From: Macrostomum lignano
Lineage: Eukaryota
DNA: 64,000 nt
Direction: 5' to 3'
NCBI GenBank assembly: GCA_002269645.1
Contig: NIVC01003316.1
Span: 40,369 to 104,368 of the forward strand
Position numbers and translations under genes: made by a program. This document shows, piece after piece, positions 25,405 to 38,237 of the stretch (its first letter is position 1; every line of letters starts with the position of its first letter). The notes under the pieces were generated by a model. It was not told the DNA's origin, did not search any database, and saw only the letters and a program-made list of their open reading frames with translations.

Positions 25405-26445
25405 TCTGCTCTCTCCCCCACTCTCCCCCACTCTCCCCCACTCTCCCCACTCCCCCACTCCCCCCACTCTCCCCCACTCCCCCCACTCTCCTACACTCTC
25501 CCCCACTCTCCCCCACTCTCCCCCACTCTCCCCCACTCCCCCCACTCTCCCCCACTCTCCCCCACTCTCCCCCACTCTCCCCACTCTCCCCACTCTCCCC
25601 ACTCCCCCCACTCTCCTACACTCTCCCCCACTCCCCCCACTCTCCTACACTCTCCTACACTCTCCCCCACTCTCCCCCACTCTCCCCCACTCTCCCCACT
25701 CCCCCCACTCCCCCCACTCTCCCCCACTCCCCCCCACTCTCCTACACTCTCCCCCACTCTCCCGCACTCTCCACCACTCTCCCCACTCCCCCCACTCTCC
25801 CCCACTCTCCCCACTCCCCACTCTCCCCCACTCTCCCCCACTCTCCCCCACTCCCCCCACTCTCCTACACTCTCCCCACTCCCCCCCACTCTCCTACACT
25901 CTCCCCACTCCCCCCACTCTCCCCCACTCTCCCCCACTCTCCCCCACTCCCCCCACTCTCCTACACTCTCCCCCACTCCCCCCACTCCCCCCACTCTCCT
26001 ACACTCTCCCCCACTCTCCCCCACTCTCCCCCACTCTCCCCCACTCTCCTACACTCTCCCCACTCTCCCCCACTCCCCCCCACTCTCCTACACTCTCCCC
26101 CACTCTCCCCCACTCTCCCCCACTCTCCCCACTCTCCCCCACTCCCCCCACTCTCCCCACTCCCCCCACTCTCCCCCACTCTCCCCCACTCTCCCCCACT
26201 CCCCCACTCTCCTACACTCTCCCCCACTCCCCCCCCACTCTCCCACACTCTCCCCACTCCCCCCACTCTCCCCCACTCTCCCCACTCTCCCCCACTCCCC
26301 CCCTCTCCTACACTCTCCCCACTCCCCCCACTCTCCTACACTCTCCCCCACTCTCCCCACTCTCCCCCACTCTCCCCCACTCTCCCCACTCCCCCACTCT
26401 CCCCACTCTCCACAACTTTCCTTCACTCTCCACTCTCCCCCACTC
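25405..26445. repeat. About 10 bp C-rich minisatellite (CTCCCCCACT)n
   Basis: Seen directly; G4-5 runs every 10 nt on the minus strand. Confidence 0.95.
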
Positions 26446-27719
26446 CCTTTGTAGTGTTTGCTTGCAAGCAAATTTCTGCACATAGCTTTGCATTGACAAT
26501 AATTACGAGTACACTCGTAATTATTGTTCTATAGAAGTTGCAGACGCCAGCAGTTCCTGCAACTCTCTTCTCTGCCGTAGTTTCTGCTTTAACGTGCGGT
26601 CGCCATTAAAAGCAGTCAGAGAGCTCCGTTGACCAAGAAGCTGCAGATAAGCATCTTTCGGGCTAGGGATCACTCTAAAGTAGAACGAAAAATTTTTTAT
26701 GAGGACTTTATTGGGCCAAAATAATTACTATAAGATTTAGGGTTCAGCGAATTATGCTGCTAATTGCATGGCAACAGGCAACATTTAGTCTCCGAATTCA
26801 TTGGCTCCTCCACTCTCTCGAACTATCCATAATTTCAGGTGCGCGAGAAAGAAACGAGCAGAAACTTTCCCGAAACACACCGGGGAACAAGGAATTTTTC
26901 TTAGAAAAAGCTGCTTCGCGCACCTGGCTCGCTCTCAATCGGTTAAATTTTTCTAAGAAACGCTTGCTCGCGCCGCGTGGTACCTCAAGTATATTTCTCC
27001 TACCAATTGGGACTTCAGTCGGGCTTGGCTGGGAAAAAGACTTCCAGATAGTCCCCCTGAGGGGAGAATCTTCCCTAGCTCTCCCCTTTTTCCCTTCTCT
27101 CCGTCTCCTCTCTCTCTGGGGATCAAAATGCCTTTCAAAAAACCAGACAATCCGACAGACAAGCGACTATCAGGAGCGACCAGCTGCGCTGCTTGGCGCT
27201 CACGGCCGCCTGAAAATGAAGCCGCAGAGCGGGATCAGGGAGGGAAGCGCGAGACGGGGACACAACCCCCTCCCCGATAGCAAATACGAATCCCATGACA
27301 GTTTTCCCCAATATCTCCATTCCCCACCCACAACTTGTCGTGCATTTTTCCCCTCCAATTTTTTGCGCACTTCTTGTGCAACTGCGGCTGGCAGCGGAGG
27401 CAGTGCAAGGGAGGAAACAGCAGCAGAAGAAGCTGCTGCAGGTGCGCAGGCGGGGGGCCCCGCTGCACCTCTGCAGCGGCAAGTCAGGCATTTCCTCATC
27501 GCTGTCTTCGCCCCAGACTGCTCAGAGCTGGGGGCAGGCTTTGGCATTGCCGCGTGAGCTCACGGCCAGGACTCCTCATTCTTTGTCTCCTACCGTGGGG
27601 GCTGGGCTAATTTCGGTTAATGAGTTGGACAAAGTTGACCTCTCTGAACTGCTTTCAGAGTGCTTCCTGCCTGCGGCCAATTTGTATGGCTGGCTGCTTG
27701 CGGCTAATTGCTTACCGCC

Positions 27720-27795
27720 CCTGCCTGCCTGTCTGCCTGCCTGCCTGCCTGTGTGTCTGCCTGTCTGCCTGCCTGTCTGTCTGTCTGCCTGCCTG

Positions 27796-27888
<93 letters not shown>
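27720..27888. repeat. (CTGC/CTGT)n then (TCTA)n microsatellites
   Basis: Seen directly. Confidence 0.95.
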
Positions 27889-27889
<1 letters not shown>

Positions 27890-28624
27890 GCAGTTTCCTC
27901 TGCCAGCAGCTCCTCTGCCGCAGCCCCCGGACCTCCCCTGGGGAAGCGGCCGCCCTACTCAAGAAGACAGAGGCTGAAAGAAGAAAAAATTCTCTCCATT
28001 TCAGAAATGGCGGTGGAGGGAAGGGAAGTGTGAAAACAGCAGGGGTGCCGGGAATTCAGAGCACGCCGGCCTCCACTTGCTTTCGGCCACTCCACGAGGG
28101 CTCCCTGCCCCGATCCCCTCCGCCCCCAAGCCGGGCGGACTGTTCCATAAATTCTTCCCACACTTCTGTCTCTCCGCCACAGGCCGAGAGCCACTTGCCT
28201 GTCGCCTGGCGCTTTTTCTCGCAATCTAGAATTCTCTCCTCTGCTCAAGCGTTTCAAGCTCGCCTCTAGGAGCAGATTTCCAAGAGCAGAAGATCTGTTG
28301 GGGCACGCCTGCCGCATCTCCTACCAAGCGGTTCGATTGAGCCCGCTGGCCGTCTGCAAAAATAAATATTAAAAGCATTCATTTTCTCTATTCCGCATCG
28401 AGCTGTCAGACGGTGCCGAATTCCATATTGCTAGCCTGGCCAGGCTGCATTTTAATTTTTCTACCAAGTGATCGGGATCATATTTTTTAGCAGCCAATGG
28501 CTGATTGAATAGTGCACACTGATTTTGAAGCAGACAGCCATTTGCCGATATAAGCATGATACCGAGAAGCTATTCTAATTTTAGAGTCGCTATATTTTGT
28601 TTATTCGGTATGAGTCAGAATCCC

Positions 28625-28930
28625 TTTAAGAATCCCTTTAGTACAACCCAAATGAGTCACCAGACAAGACTTAAATGCTTCTATTTTTAGAAACGCTATC
28701 AGTGCAACCAATAGGGGTAATCAATAAATGCTTCTATTTTTAGAATCCCTTTAGTGTAACCCAAATGAGTCACCAGACAAGACTGAATGCTTCTATTTTT
28801 AGAATCGCTATCAGTGCAACCCAAATGAGTCACCAGACAAGACTGAATGCTTCTATTTTTAGAATCCGCTATCAGTGCAACCCAAATGAGTCACCAGATA
28901 AGACTGAATGCTTCTATTTTTAGAATCGGC
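28625..28930. repeat. About 59 bp tandem repeat, about 5 copies
   Basis: Unit TGCTTCTATTTTTAGAATCGCTATCAGTGCAACCCAAATGAGTCACCAGACAAGACTGAA. Confidence 0.88.
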
Positions 28931-29476
28931 ACAATACTATGATTTCTATATTGCATGCATGAACAAATCCCTCAAGTGAATATTTCTTTCAATGAGCCAT
29001 CGAGAACTATCCAACCAAGTTAAGCAGGCTGAATTCACACCTGAGCAATCACATAGGACAGCCGATATCGAGTGTACAATGGATGGTGCTCACCCAGACA
29101 AACATAGAGAATTAGGGAGGGAGCCAACGACTTAACCCAAAGGCTTCCTGCTGAGGCTTCTCAAGTGCAAACAGCTCACAGCTTCGCACGCGCTGCACTC
29201 ACTCAAACAGGGCCAGCAGGGCTAAGGGCTTGCATTGTCACGAAGGACGAGAATGGAGCAAGAGCGCGGGTTGAATGACGGGGAAAGCATGACAGTGGAT
29301 GGCAGACGGACTTGCTCAAGCTGGCATAAAAAAGTTTCTGCACTGTCAGTTCAGGCCGACCGACAGGCCAAGTCCAAATGCCAACTTATCAGCTGCTCAA
29401 TCTGCCTGGCAACTGAGATAACATCGGCTTTGACTGGAGCCGCCCATCAGTTTTCTTCTTTTTTGATCAACCTCAG

Positions 29477-32400
29477 GAACTGCAGGATCCGTCTTCTTCC
29501 GGTCGGACTGGGCAGCACCGGAACCTCACGGCGGCGGCGCCGGCGGGTCCGCGGTCAGCAAGGTCCGGCTCCGTCACTTCAGAGGACGCCGCCTGCGGCT
29601 ACGGAGGAAGCTTCGGGAACGGCGGCGGTGGCTGGCGGGAGCGGCTGACGGCAGGCGGCAGCACCGGCAGCACCCCAGCGAGTCCGCTGCTCAGCAGCTA
29701 CTCAGCTCAGAGAGGACGGGTGAGGCGGAGAGTCTGGGGAGGTGGCCGAAAAAAATTGCCACTGAGACTTGACCACTCTTAAGAATGGGAAAAATTGAAA
29801 TTTAATAGTTCACAACAGGAAGAATTTCTTCTTTGCGAGAACGTCAGAAAGTGTCAGGACTAGGAAGTGTCAGGACTAGAAAGTGTCAGGACTGGGAAGT
29901 GTCAGGATTGGGAAGTGTCAGGATTGGGAAGTGTCAGGACTGGGAAGTGTCAGGATTGGGAAGTGTCAGGACTGGGAAGTGTCAGGATTGGGAAGTGTCA
30001 GGATTGAGAAGTGTCAGAATTGGGAAGCGTCAGGATTGGATTTGTCAGATTTATTAGGAAGTGTCAGGACGAGGAAGTGTCAGGACTAGGAAGTGTCAGG
30101 ACGGGGAAGTGTCAGGACTAGGAAGTGTCAGGACGGGGAAGTGTCAGGACTAGGAAGTGTCAGGACGGGGAAGTGTCAGGACTAGGAAGTGTCAGGACGG
30201 GGAAGTGTCAGGACTAGGAAGTGTCAGGACTAGGAAGTGTCAGGACTGGGAAGTGTCAGGACTGGGAGGTGTCAGGATTGGGAAGTGTCAGGACTGCGAA
30301 GTGTCAGAATTGGGAAGTGTCAGGATTGGAAAGTGTCAGGACTAGAAGTGTCAGGACGGGGAAGAGTCAGGACGGGGAAGTGTCAGGACTAGGAAGTGTC
30401 AGGACGGGGAAGTGTCAGGACTAGGAAGTGTCAGGACTAGGAAGTGTCAGGACGGGGAAGTGTCAGGACTAGGAAGTGTCAGGACGTGGAAGTGTCAGGA
30501 CTGGGAAGTGTCAGGATTAGGAAGTGTCAGGACTGGGAAGTGTCAGGACTGGAAAGTGTCAGGACTAGAAGTGTCAGGACGGGGAAGTGTCAGGACGGGG
30601 AAGTGTCAGGACTAGGAAGTGTCAGGACGGGGAAGTGTCAGGACTAGGAAGTGTCAGGACGGGGAAGGGTCAGGACTAGGAAGTGTCAGGACGGGGAAGT
30701 GTCAGGACTAGGAAGTGTCAGGACGGGGAAGTGTCAGGACTGGGAAGGGTCAGGACTGGAAAGTGTCAGGACTAGAAGTGTCAGGACGGGGAAGGTTCAG
30801 GACGGGGAAGTGTCAGGATTGGGAAGTGTCAGGACTAGAAGTGTCAGGACGGGGAAGTGTCAGGACTAGGAAGTGTCAGGACTGGCAAGTGTCAGGACTG
30901 GGAAGTGTCAAGACTGGGAAGTGTCAGGATTGGGAAGTGTCAGAATTGGGAAGTGTCAGGACTAGAAGTGTCAGGACGGGAAGTGTCAGGATTGGAAAGT
31001 GTCAGGACTAGGAAGTGTCAGGACGGGGAAGAGTCAGTCAGGAAGCAACCTGGCGAACTTCAGCAAACCTGCTTATTTTATCGGTTTTATTGAATTGTGT
31101 TTAAAAATTTCGCTTCAGAGAAGAGCAAAAATTTCTGTCAAATCTGATTGCTCAAACACTGAACAGGGCCTGGCAGACGGCAGGCACTGCTACGGCGATC
31201 TGCCAATGGCAGGCAGCCTGGGCAACATGCACGAACTGCCAGACAAGGCGGCGACTGGCAAAGCCGGCGGCAAAAGCGGCCTGAGCCTGTTCGCTATTCG
31301 ACGGATTAAAAGCTCGAAATCGGCTGCCAGCGGTGAGTTGGGGAGGGGGGGATCAGTGGCTGGTGGCAAATCCAAATGCGCTGAGACCAGCCATTGATTA
31401 ATAAGTATATTGCGTGCTTATTGACTCTTTACTACACCGTCTCTCCAGTCGTAAATTTTTTTGTGATCTATATGTTCTTCTAATGACAGAATGAGACTTC
31501 TAGACCATGGAATGAGACTTCTAGACCATGGAATGAGACTTCTAGACCATGGAATGAGACTTCTAGATCATAGAATGAGACTTCTAGATCATAGAATGAG
31601 ACTTCTAGATTAAAGAATGAGACTTCTAGATCATAGAATGAGACTTCTAGATCATAGAATGAGACTTCTAGATCATAGAATCAGACTTCTAGATCATAGA
31701 ATGAGACTTCTAGATCACGGAATCATGAGACTTCTAGATCACGGAATCAGACTTCTAGATCATAGAATGAGACTTCTAGATCACGGAATCATGAGAATTC
31801 TAGATCACGGAATCAGACTTCTAGATCACGGAATCAGACTTCTAGATCACGGAATCAGACTTCTAGAACATAGAATGAGACTTCTAGATCACGGAATCAG
31901 ACTTCTAGATCACAAATTGGACTTCTGTCTGGCAAAAATGCTGGAAAAGTGCTTCCTAAATGCCTTGCAACAAACAAGTTGAACAACATTCGAGTAGGTT
32001 ATGCTTTTATATAAAATTCACAGTCACAGACTCCCTCGCGGCTCCCACCCAAGTAGGGAGAAATCGACCACCCCAGCTGCAAGCCATCCGCCATCGGCAT
32101 GATTGATGGGCGGGACTCCAGTTCGAACCCTCCTCCCTCCGTCCAGGTCCGCTGTTCCTCATCTTTCGCGATAACGTCAGGCGGGTCCAGCAGCCGGGCA
32201 AGCTGGCGGCAGTCGACTCCGTTAAATCCCTGTTCGCCAGAGCGTTTCCACAATGGATCACGGGAATCCAGTGGTTCGCCGAGAACCCCCAGCGGCGGGT
32301 GTACATTCAGGACAAGCTTTGTCGCGACGTCTTCTACGAGCTGGAGGATATTCGGTCAGTCTGCAAACTTTATCCATAATTTAGTGCATAACCCGAGGGT

Positions 32401-35400
32401 GCTGTGCGCATATCATATCTGCACATTGCTTGTCTGTCAGCTGCAAAACATGAATGCCAGACATAATTATGAAACATGACAGGCTGAAAGATCCTCAAAC
32501 CGACCGTTAATCTCCTCCAGATCCCTGCCTAAACAGACTGTCAATCTCCTTCAGATCCTAAAACTGACCGTTAATCTCCTTCAGATCCCTAAACTGACCG
32601 TTAATCTCCTTCAGATCCCTAAACTGACCGTTAATCTCCTTCAGATCCCTGAACTGACCGTTAATCTCCTTCAGATCTCTTAAAAGACCGTTAATCTCCT
32701 TCAGATCCCTAAACTGACCGTTAATCTCCTTCAGATCCCTGAACTGACCGTTAATCTCCTTCAGATCCCTAAACTGACCGTTAATCTCCTTCAGATCCCA
32801 AAGCTGACTGTCGTTCGATCCCAAAGCTTACTGTCGTTCGATCCGAAAGCCGACTGTCACTAGATCCCAAAGCTGACTGTCATTAGATCCCAAAGCTGAC
32901 TGTCATTAGATCCCAAAGCTGACTGTCATTAGATCCCAGAGCTGACTGTCATTAGATCCCAGAGCTGACTGTCATTAGATCCCAAAGCTGACTGTCACTA
33001 GATCCCAAAGCTGACTGTCATTAGATCCCAGAGCTGACTGTCATTAGATCCCAGAGCTGACTGTCATTAGATCCCAAAGCTGACTGTCACTAGATCCCAA
33101 AGCTGACTGTCACTAAATCCCAAAGCTGACTGTCATTAGATCCCAAAGCTGACTGTCATTAGATCCCAAAGCTGACTGTCATTAGATCCCAGAGCTGACT
33201 GTCATTAGATCCCAAAGCTGACTGTCATTAGATCCCAAAGCTGACTGTCATTAGATCCCAAAGCTGACTGTCATTAGATCCCAAAGCTGACTGTCATTAG
33301 ATCCCAGAGCTGACCGTCTATAAACAACCCTGTGCTTTCAGAGACATTCGACCCAACTGCCTGCTGAAAATTTTGGAGCCACCTCAGCAGGATTTCGACT
33401 GCTCAAGAAGCTACGACTCAGCCGGTTTCGTGGCCATGTCTGAGCTTCCCGACCCGAGATTCCAGTTGCGCCATCCTGCACCCGTGTGCACCTGCACTTG
33501 TCCACCGCCGCCGCCTCCACCGCCGCCGCCACCTCCGCCGGCGCAGCCACAGGCAATGATGACAGCCAGTGCGATGAGTAAGAGATCAGCTGATTTATTT
33601 AGATCTAGTAGAATAGAGATCTAGTATCCGATCTTGGGGATTATACATCTAGAAGTTTAATCTTGGGGATTATAGATTTAATAGATATTAAGAGGATTAT
33701 AGATCTAGAGGATCATAGATTTAGGGGATTATAGATCAAGAGGATCATAGATCTAGAGGATCATAGATTTAGGGGATTATAGATCAAGAGGATCATAGAT
33801 CTAGAGGATCATAGATTTAGGGGATTATAGATCAAGAGGATCATAGATCTAGAGGATCATAGATTTAGGGGATCACAGATCTGGGGGGTCATAGATCTAG
33901 GGGATCATGGATATAGAGGATCATAAGTCTAGGGGATCATAGATCTAGGGAATCATAGATCTAGGGGATCGTAGATCTAGGGGATCGTAGATCTAGAGGA
34001 TCATAGATCTAGAGGATCATAGATCTAGAGGATTATAGATCTAGAGGATCATAGATCTAAGGGGATCATAGATCTAGGGGATGACAGATCTAGGGGATCG
34101 TAGATCTAGGGGATCATAGATCTAGGGGATCATAGATCTAGGGATCAGAGATCTAGGGGATCATAGATCTAGGGGATCATAGATCTAGAGGATTATAGAT
34201 CTAGAGGGTTATAAGTCTAGGGGATCGTAGATCTAGGGGATAATAGATCCTATTCATACAATGCCAAAGTGTAGAAGAGCTAACAGAACCCCGCGGTACC
34301 AACAGGGGAAGTGCTCAGACTGGGACAGGGGATCAGGGCGCAGTTTCCAAATCGAGTAAAGGACTGGCAATGATCAGTCTGGCTGATTAAATTCCCAATC
34401 CCTACAGAGCAGCGCGGCTCGGGGATAGTAAAATCCCTAACGCGCCGGCTCTCGTAGCGGTGATGGGGCGCGAATCTTCGAATCCCCTCAGTTGTAATCC
34501 CCACGGCGTTGCGCGGTTGGGGCGCCTCAGGCATCCCTTATACACAGCGGCGGTGGCTGCGTAGAAGACACGGGAAAAATTGCCGAACAACACAGAGGCC
34601 GAGCAGCCACCAGGATGGCAGCCACTGCGGGGATTCCCCCCCTCACTGCGTCCTCCGCTGTCCTGCGGCCTGACTAATAATGGGATTTGACCGGGGGCCT
34701 CTGAAGAGGCAGGGGATTTAGCAGCGGCGCAGGGCAGCTGACGCAAAAGTTTCACAAGCAAGACAGACGACGAGGGGGGGCAAGAAAAATCTTGTGGCGG
34801 AATAAAAACCGCCTTCTCGGCTTGCCAAAGCAGGCAGGGAGGGGAATTCCCTCTCAGTCCCGACAAGGGCAGATATACAGGGGAATTCCCTCTCAGTCCC
34901 GACAAGGGCAGATAGACAGGGTAATTCCCTCTCAGTCCCGACAAGAGCAGATAGACAGGGGGAATTCCCTCTCAGTCCCGACAAGAGCAGATAGACAGGG
35001 GGAATTCCCTCTCAGTCCCGACAAGACCAGATAGACAAGGGAATTCCCTCTCAGTCCCGACAAGGGCAGATAGACAGGGGAATTCCCTCTCAGTCCCGAC
35101 AAGGGCAGATAGACAGGGGAATTCCCTCTCAGTCTCGACAAGGGCAGATAGACAAGGGAATTCCCTCTCAGTCCCGACAAGGGCAGATAGACAGGGGAAT
35201 TCCCTCTCAGTCCCGACAAGGGCAGATAGACAGGGGAATTCCCTCTCAGTCCCGACAAGGGCAGATAGACAGGGGAATTCCCTCTCAGTCCCGACAAGGG
35301 CAGATAGACAGGGGAATTCCCTCTCAGTCCCGACAAGGGAATTCCCTCTCAGTCCCGACAAGGGCAGATAGACAGGGGAATTCCCTCTCAGTCCCGACAA

Positions 35401-38237
35401 GAGCAGATAGACAGGGGGAATTCCCTCTCAGTCCCGACAAGGGCAGGTCGTCAGAGGCGAATTCCCTCTCCGTCCCAGCAAGACCAGACCGCCCAGGGTG
35501 AGAATAAGAGGTCGCAGGATTTGCTCGGGCTCGAGCAGGGAATGGAAAAAGATTTATTTTTACACTAAATTAGTCACAGCACACGAGAAAGCTAAGATGC
35601 CAACAACTGTGAGGGGGGGGGGAGAAGTGTCCAAGACTTGTTGAGTAGCCAGTGCGGCCTGCTTGTCTGTCTTCTTTCTCTCTTGCCGGGAAATGAAGAA
35701 GGCGCGCAGCAGACAGCGCTCGGAACGGAGATTTGCTCTGAGTGATGCGTGAGTGAGTGAGCGAGCGAGCTGACAGCAACGCGAGAGGAGCTAACAGCGA
35801 CAATCGATCCAGCGGCAGAGGAACCGGAATCCTGGATTGCTGCTCACCTTCACTACTCTGGAGCATGGATAGCTCTAGCAGTGCAAATAAGCCAGTGCAA
35901 AAAATCGATAATTTAGCGCTTGAATGACACTCACTACAAACCGTGTTTAACTCTCTTTATTATTCTCTTCTCTGCAGCCGCCCGAGTCGAGGCAACGCCG
36001 GCGGGGCACCGACATCAGCTGCCGCCGCCGCCGCCGCAACGGCACTCCCAGGGCCCGTCGCCTGTGTCTTCAGTCGGCTGGACAATGGCGCAGCCTCAGC
36101 AACCAGCTGTTCAAAGCGGCAGCTGCCACGCGCCAAGCGAGAGCAGTCTGGACAGCGCATTTTCTACCAAGAGCGGTGAGGCGAAAACTACTCGACGTGA
36201 GTAGTGTGAGCGCGCAGTGCGTGCCGAAAAACATTAAATAGAAGCAAGAAGAATAGTTGCGCGTGGAGTTGCGCGCTTCTGTAAGAACAATGCCAACAAG
36301 AATCATGAAATCGAAATTCAGAAACTAAAGCCCATATTCACCCACACTGCATTATTAGCCTCCTCAGCTGCCGCCAGCACGGAGACCGCGGTGCCGTACC
36401 AGCCGCCGCAAAACGCTGGCCTCATTTGCGGCCTGCGAGCCCTGCAGCAGGCGGTGGCGCGCAGTCGCCAGACTGTCGACGCCGGCGTTGGAGAAGCACG
36501 CGACAGCGCCGCCCGATTAGGCGCTGAATTTGCCGCCTTTCGGGTCGACATTGAGGTAAGCAGCTTTTTTTACGCCGCCTTGCCCGCGAAAGCCAACCAG
36601 AATCCGACAATCCACCTTAACCCATGCGCGCAGCCAATCAGCACTGCCGCCCAACTCTCTCCCTTAATTTTTCTTACCCCACGGAAAACCCAGCTAATCA
36701 GCGATGCCCTACACAAACGCTCACCCTACTTCATTCCTTAACCCCCGTATTTCTACCCCACGGAAAAGCTCTCAGCCAATTAGCGATGCCACAGAGACCC
36801 TAACGGCCTGGTTAGCCCGTGATCCTATTCTGCGACCCCCTACCAACCACAGAAGCGCATCAACGATCTCGCTAATGAAAAATTTGTCGAGTCGCTAAGC
36901 GACGATGATGGTCTATCGGAAGCCTACAAGGAGTTCACTGAGCAGCAGAAGGAGATCAGTGCCCTCCTCGCCAACTTGGAGGCCGGACTATTGTCCGGTG
37001 AGAGGGGACCGACCGACTCCAAGGAATTCATCGAGAGCGTCTCGGCCAGGCTGAAGATCGTACAGACCATGCTGGCCAGCCACGAGTCGCTGATGCACTC
37101 GGAGATCGAGCTGGCCGTTGAGGAGAGACTCGAGCAGCGGCGGGCGCAGATTGACAGCTATGCCAGGCTGCGGGACTCGGCGCGCCAGGCGCTGGAGGAC
37201 GCGAAAAGGCGCAGTAACTGCCTGGAGGTTGCTATGGAGACGGTTAAGCGGTGAGGATTGATACTAACAGGATGTACTGTAAATTCTCACCGCCCCTCGG
37301 GCCACTAAGAACTGTTCCACCCTATGCTAAATCCTTGCAGCCAATCAGCGATGTCCCTCTTGCAGACACCCCACTCATCCTAAATCCTATCAGCCAATCA
37401 GCGATGTCCCACTTGCAGACACTCCCACCCATGCTAAATCCTTGCAGCCAATCAGCGATGTCCCTCAATTTTATCAGTAGAGCTAACCTTCCTACACATT
37501 TGCTCCAAATTTCCAGTGCTACCTGCACAGAAGCAATGCTGCAGGAAACTAGCCAGCAGCAGCAGCAGCCGCAACAAAACCATAAGGAAAAGTCGCCTCA
37601 ACCAAAACCATTGGAGCCAAAGTCAAACAATTTGCAGGCTACGGTAAGCAAGCAACCAGCTAATTTAGTACGCAGTCGGTATAGACTCGATTCAGTCCAG
37701 TAACTCAACCCTCCTCTTCAATCCCAGGAGCCCGCCGGTAGCACCAACCGGCCAGTCCAGCACCAGCCGCAGCACCAGTTGGGCTCCAGAGTAGACCAGC
37801 TCAAGGCGGATTCTAACGGCGGCAATTTACCGTCGAGGGCTCGACATTCTTCCGCAGATGCAATCGCCACGGCTGTCTCCCCAGAACCCGGACATCAGCA
37901 GCGGCATCATCAGCAGCTGCAGCAGCAGCACGCCATGTTTCACCAGCTGCACCAGCAACATCAGCGCCGATTGAAATCCTCCTCCTGCGAAAGGTCGCCC
38001 AGTCACAAGGTGGTCTTCAGCGATCTGGTGAAGGTCGAAGACGGATCCGAGACGTTGAAGCTTAACTGTCGACTTAACGACGAGTCGGACGAGATCAAGT
38101 ACAGGGGAGTGGATTTTCAGCAACAGCAGCAGACAGCTGGAGAGACAAACTCTGAATCGATGGTCGTCTGGGAGCGACAGAATCCATTTAACACGCCCCT
38201 GCTGCAGCCAGGTGCATCAGCCAATCGAGATAACTGA
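29477..38237 (+). CDS. AIP3/Bud6-domain coiled-coil protein, SRCIN1 (p140Cap)/KIAA1217-like; spliced, 5' end unresolved
   Basis: Phase-consistent GT-AG exons: 29477-29719, 31167(or 31119)-31332, 32147-32354, 33342-33577, 35978-36196(or 36175), 36368-36555, 36853-37250, 37517-37643, 37728-38237 (stop). The spliced peptide GPLFLIFRDNVRRVQ…FARAFPQ…RVYIQDKLCRDVFYELEDIRDIRPNCLLKIL matches the recalled SRCIN1 AIP3 motif GVLFLQFGEETRRVH…VFYELEDVRDIQDRSIIKIY. A coiled-coil-like exon follows. Confidence 0.85.
29843..31030. repeat. 16 bp intronic minisatellite (AAGTGTCAGGACTGGG)n
   Basis: About 75 units filling the intron 29720-31166. Confidence 0.95.
31492..31912. repeat. 21 bp intronic minisatellite (AGACTTCTAGATCATAGAATG)n
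   Basis: Tandem units; translates as MRLLDHR repeats. Confidence 0.95.
32500..33316. repeat. Two adjacent intronic arrays: 30 bp (…GTTAATCTCCTTCAGATCCCT…) then 23 bp (AGATCCCAAAGCTGACTGTCATT)
   Basis: The 30-mer spans about 32500-32800 and the 23-mer about 32800-33316, ending 25 nt before the acceptor at 33341. Confidence 0.93.
33600..34250. repeat. 16 bp intronic minisatellite (ATAGATCTAGGGGATC)n
   Basis: Starts about 25 nt after the donor at 33578. Confidence 0.92.
34842..35445. repeat. 39-40 bp intronic minisatellite (GGGAATTCCCTCTCAGTCCCGACAAGGGCAGATAGACAG)n
   Basis: About 15 near-identical units with no spacers. Confidence 0.95.

Noticed and set aside
34842-35445. CRISPR-like appearance of the 39-bp and 42-bp arrays
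   Set aside because: Head-to-tail units without unique spacers, no cas genes, and eukaryotic context.
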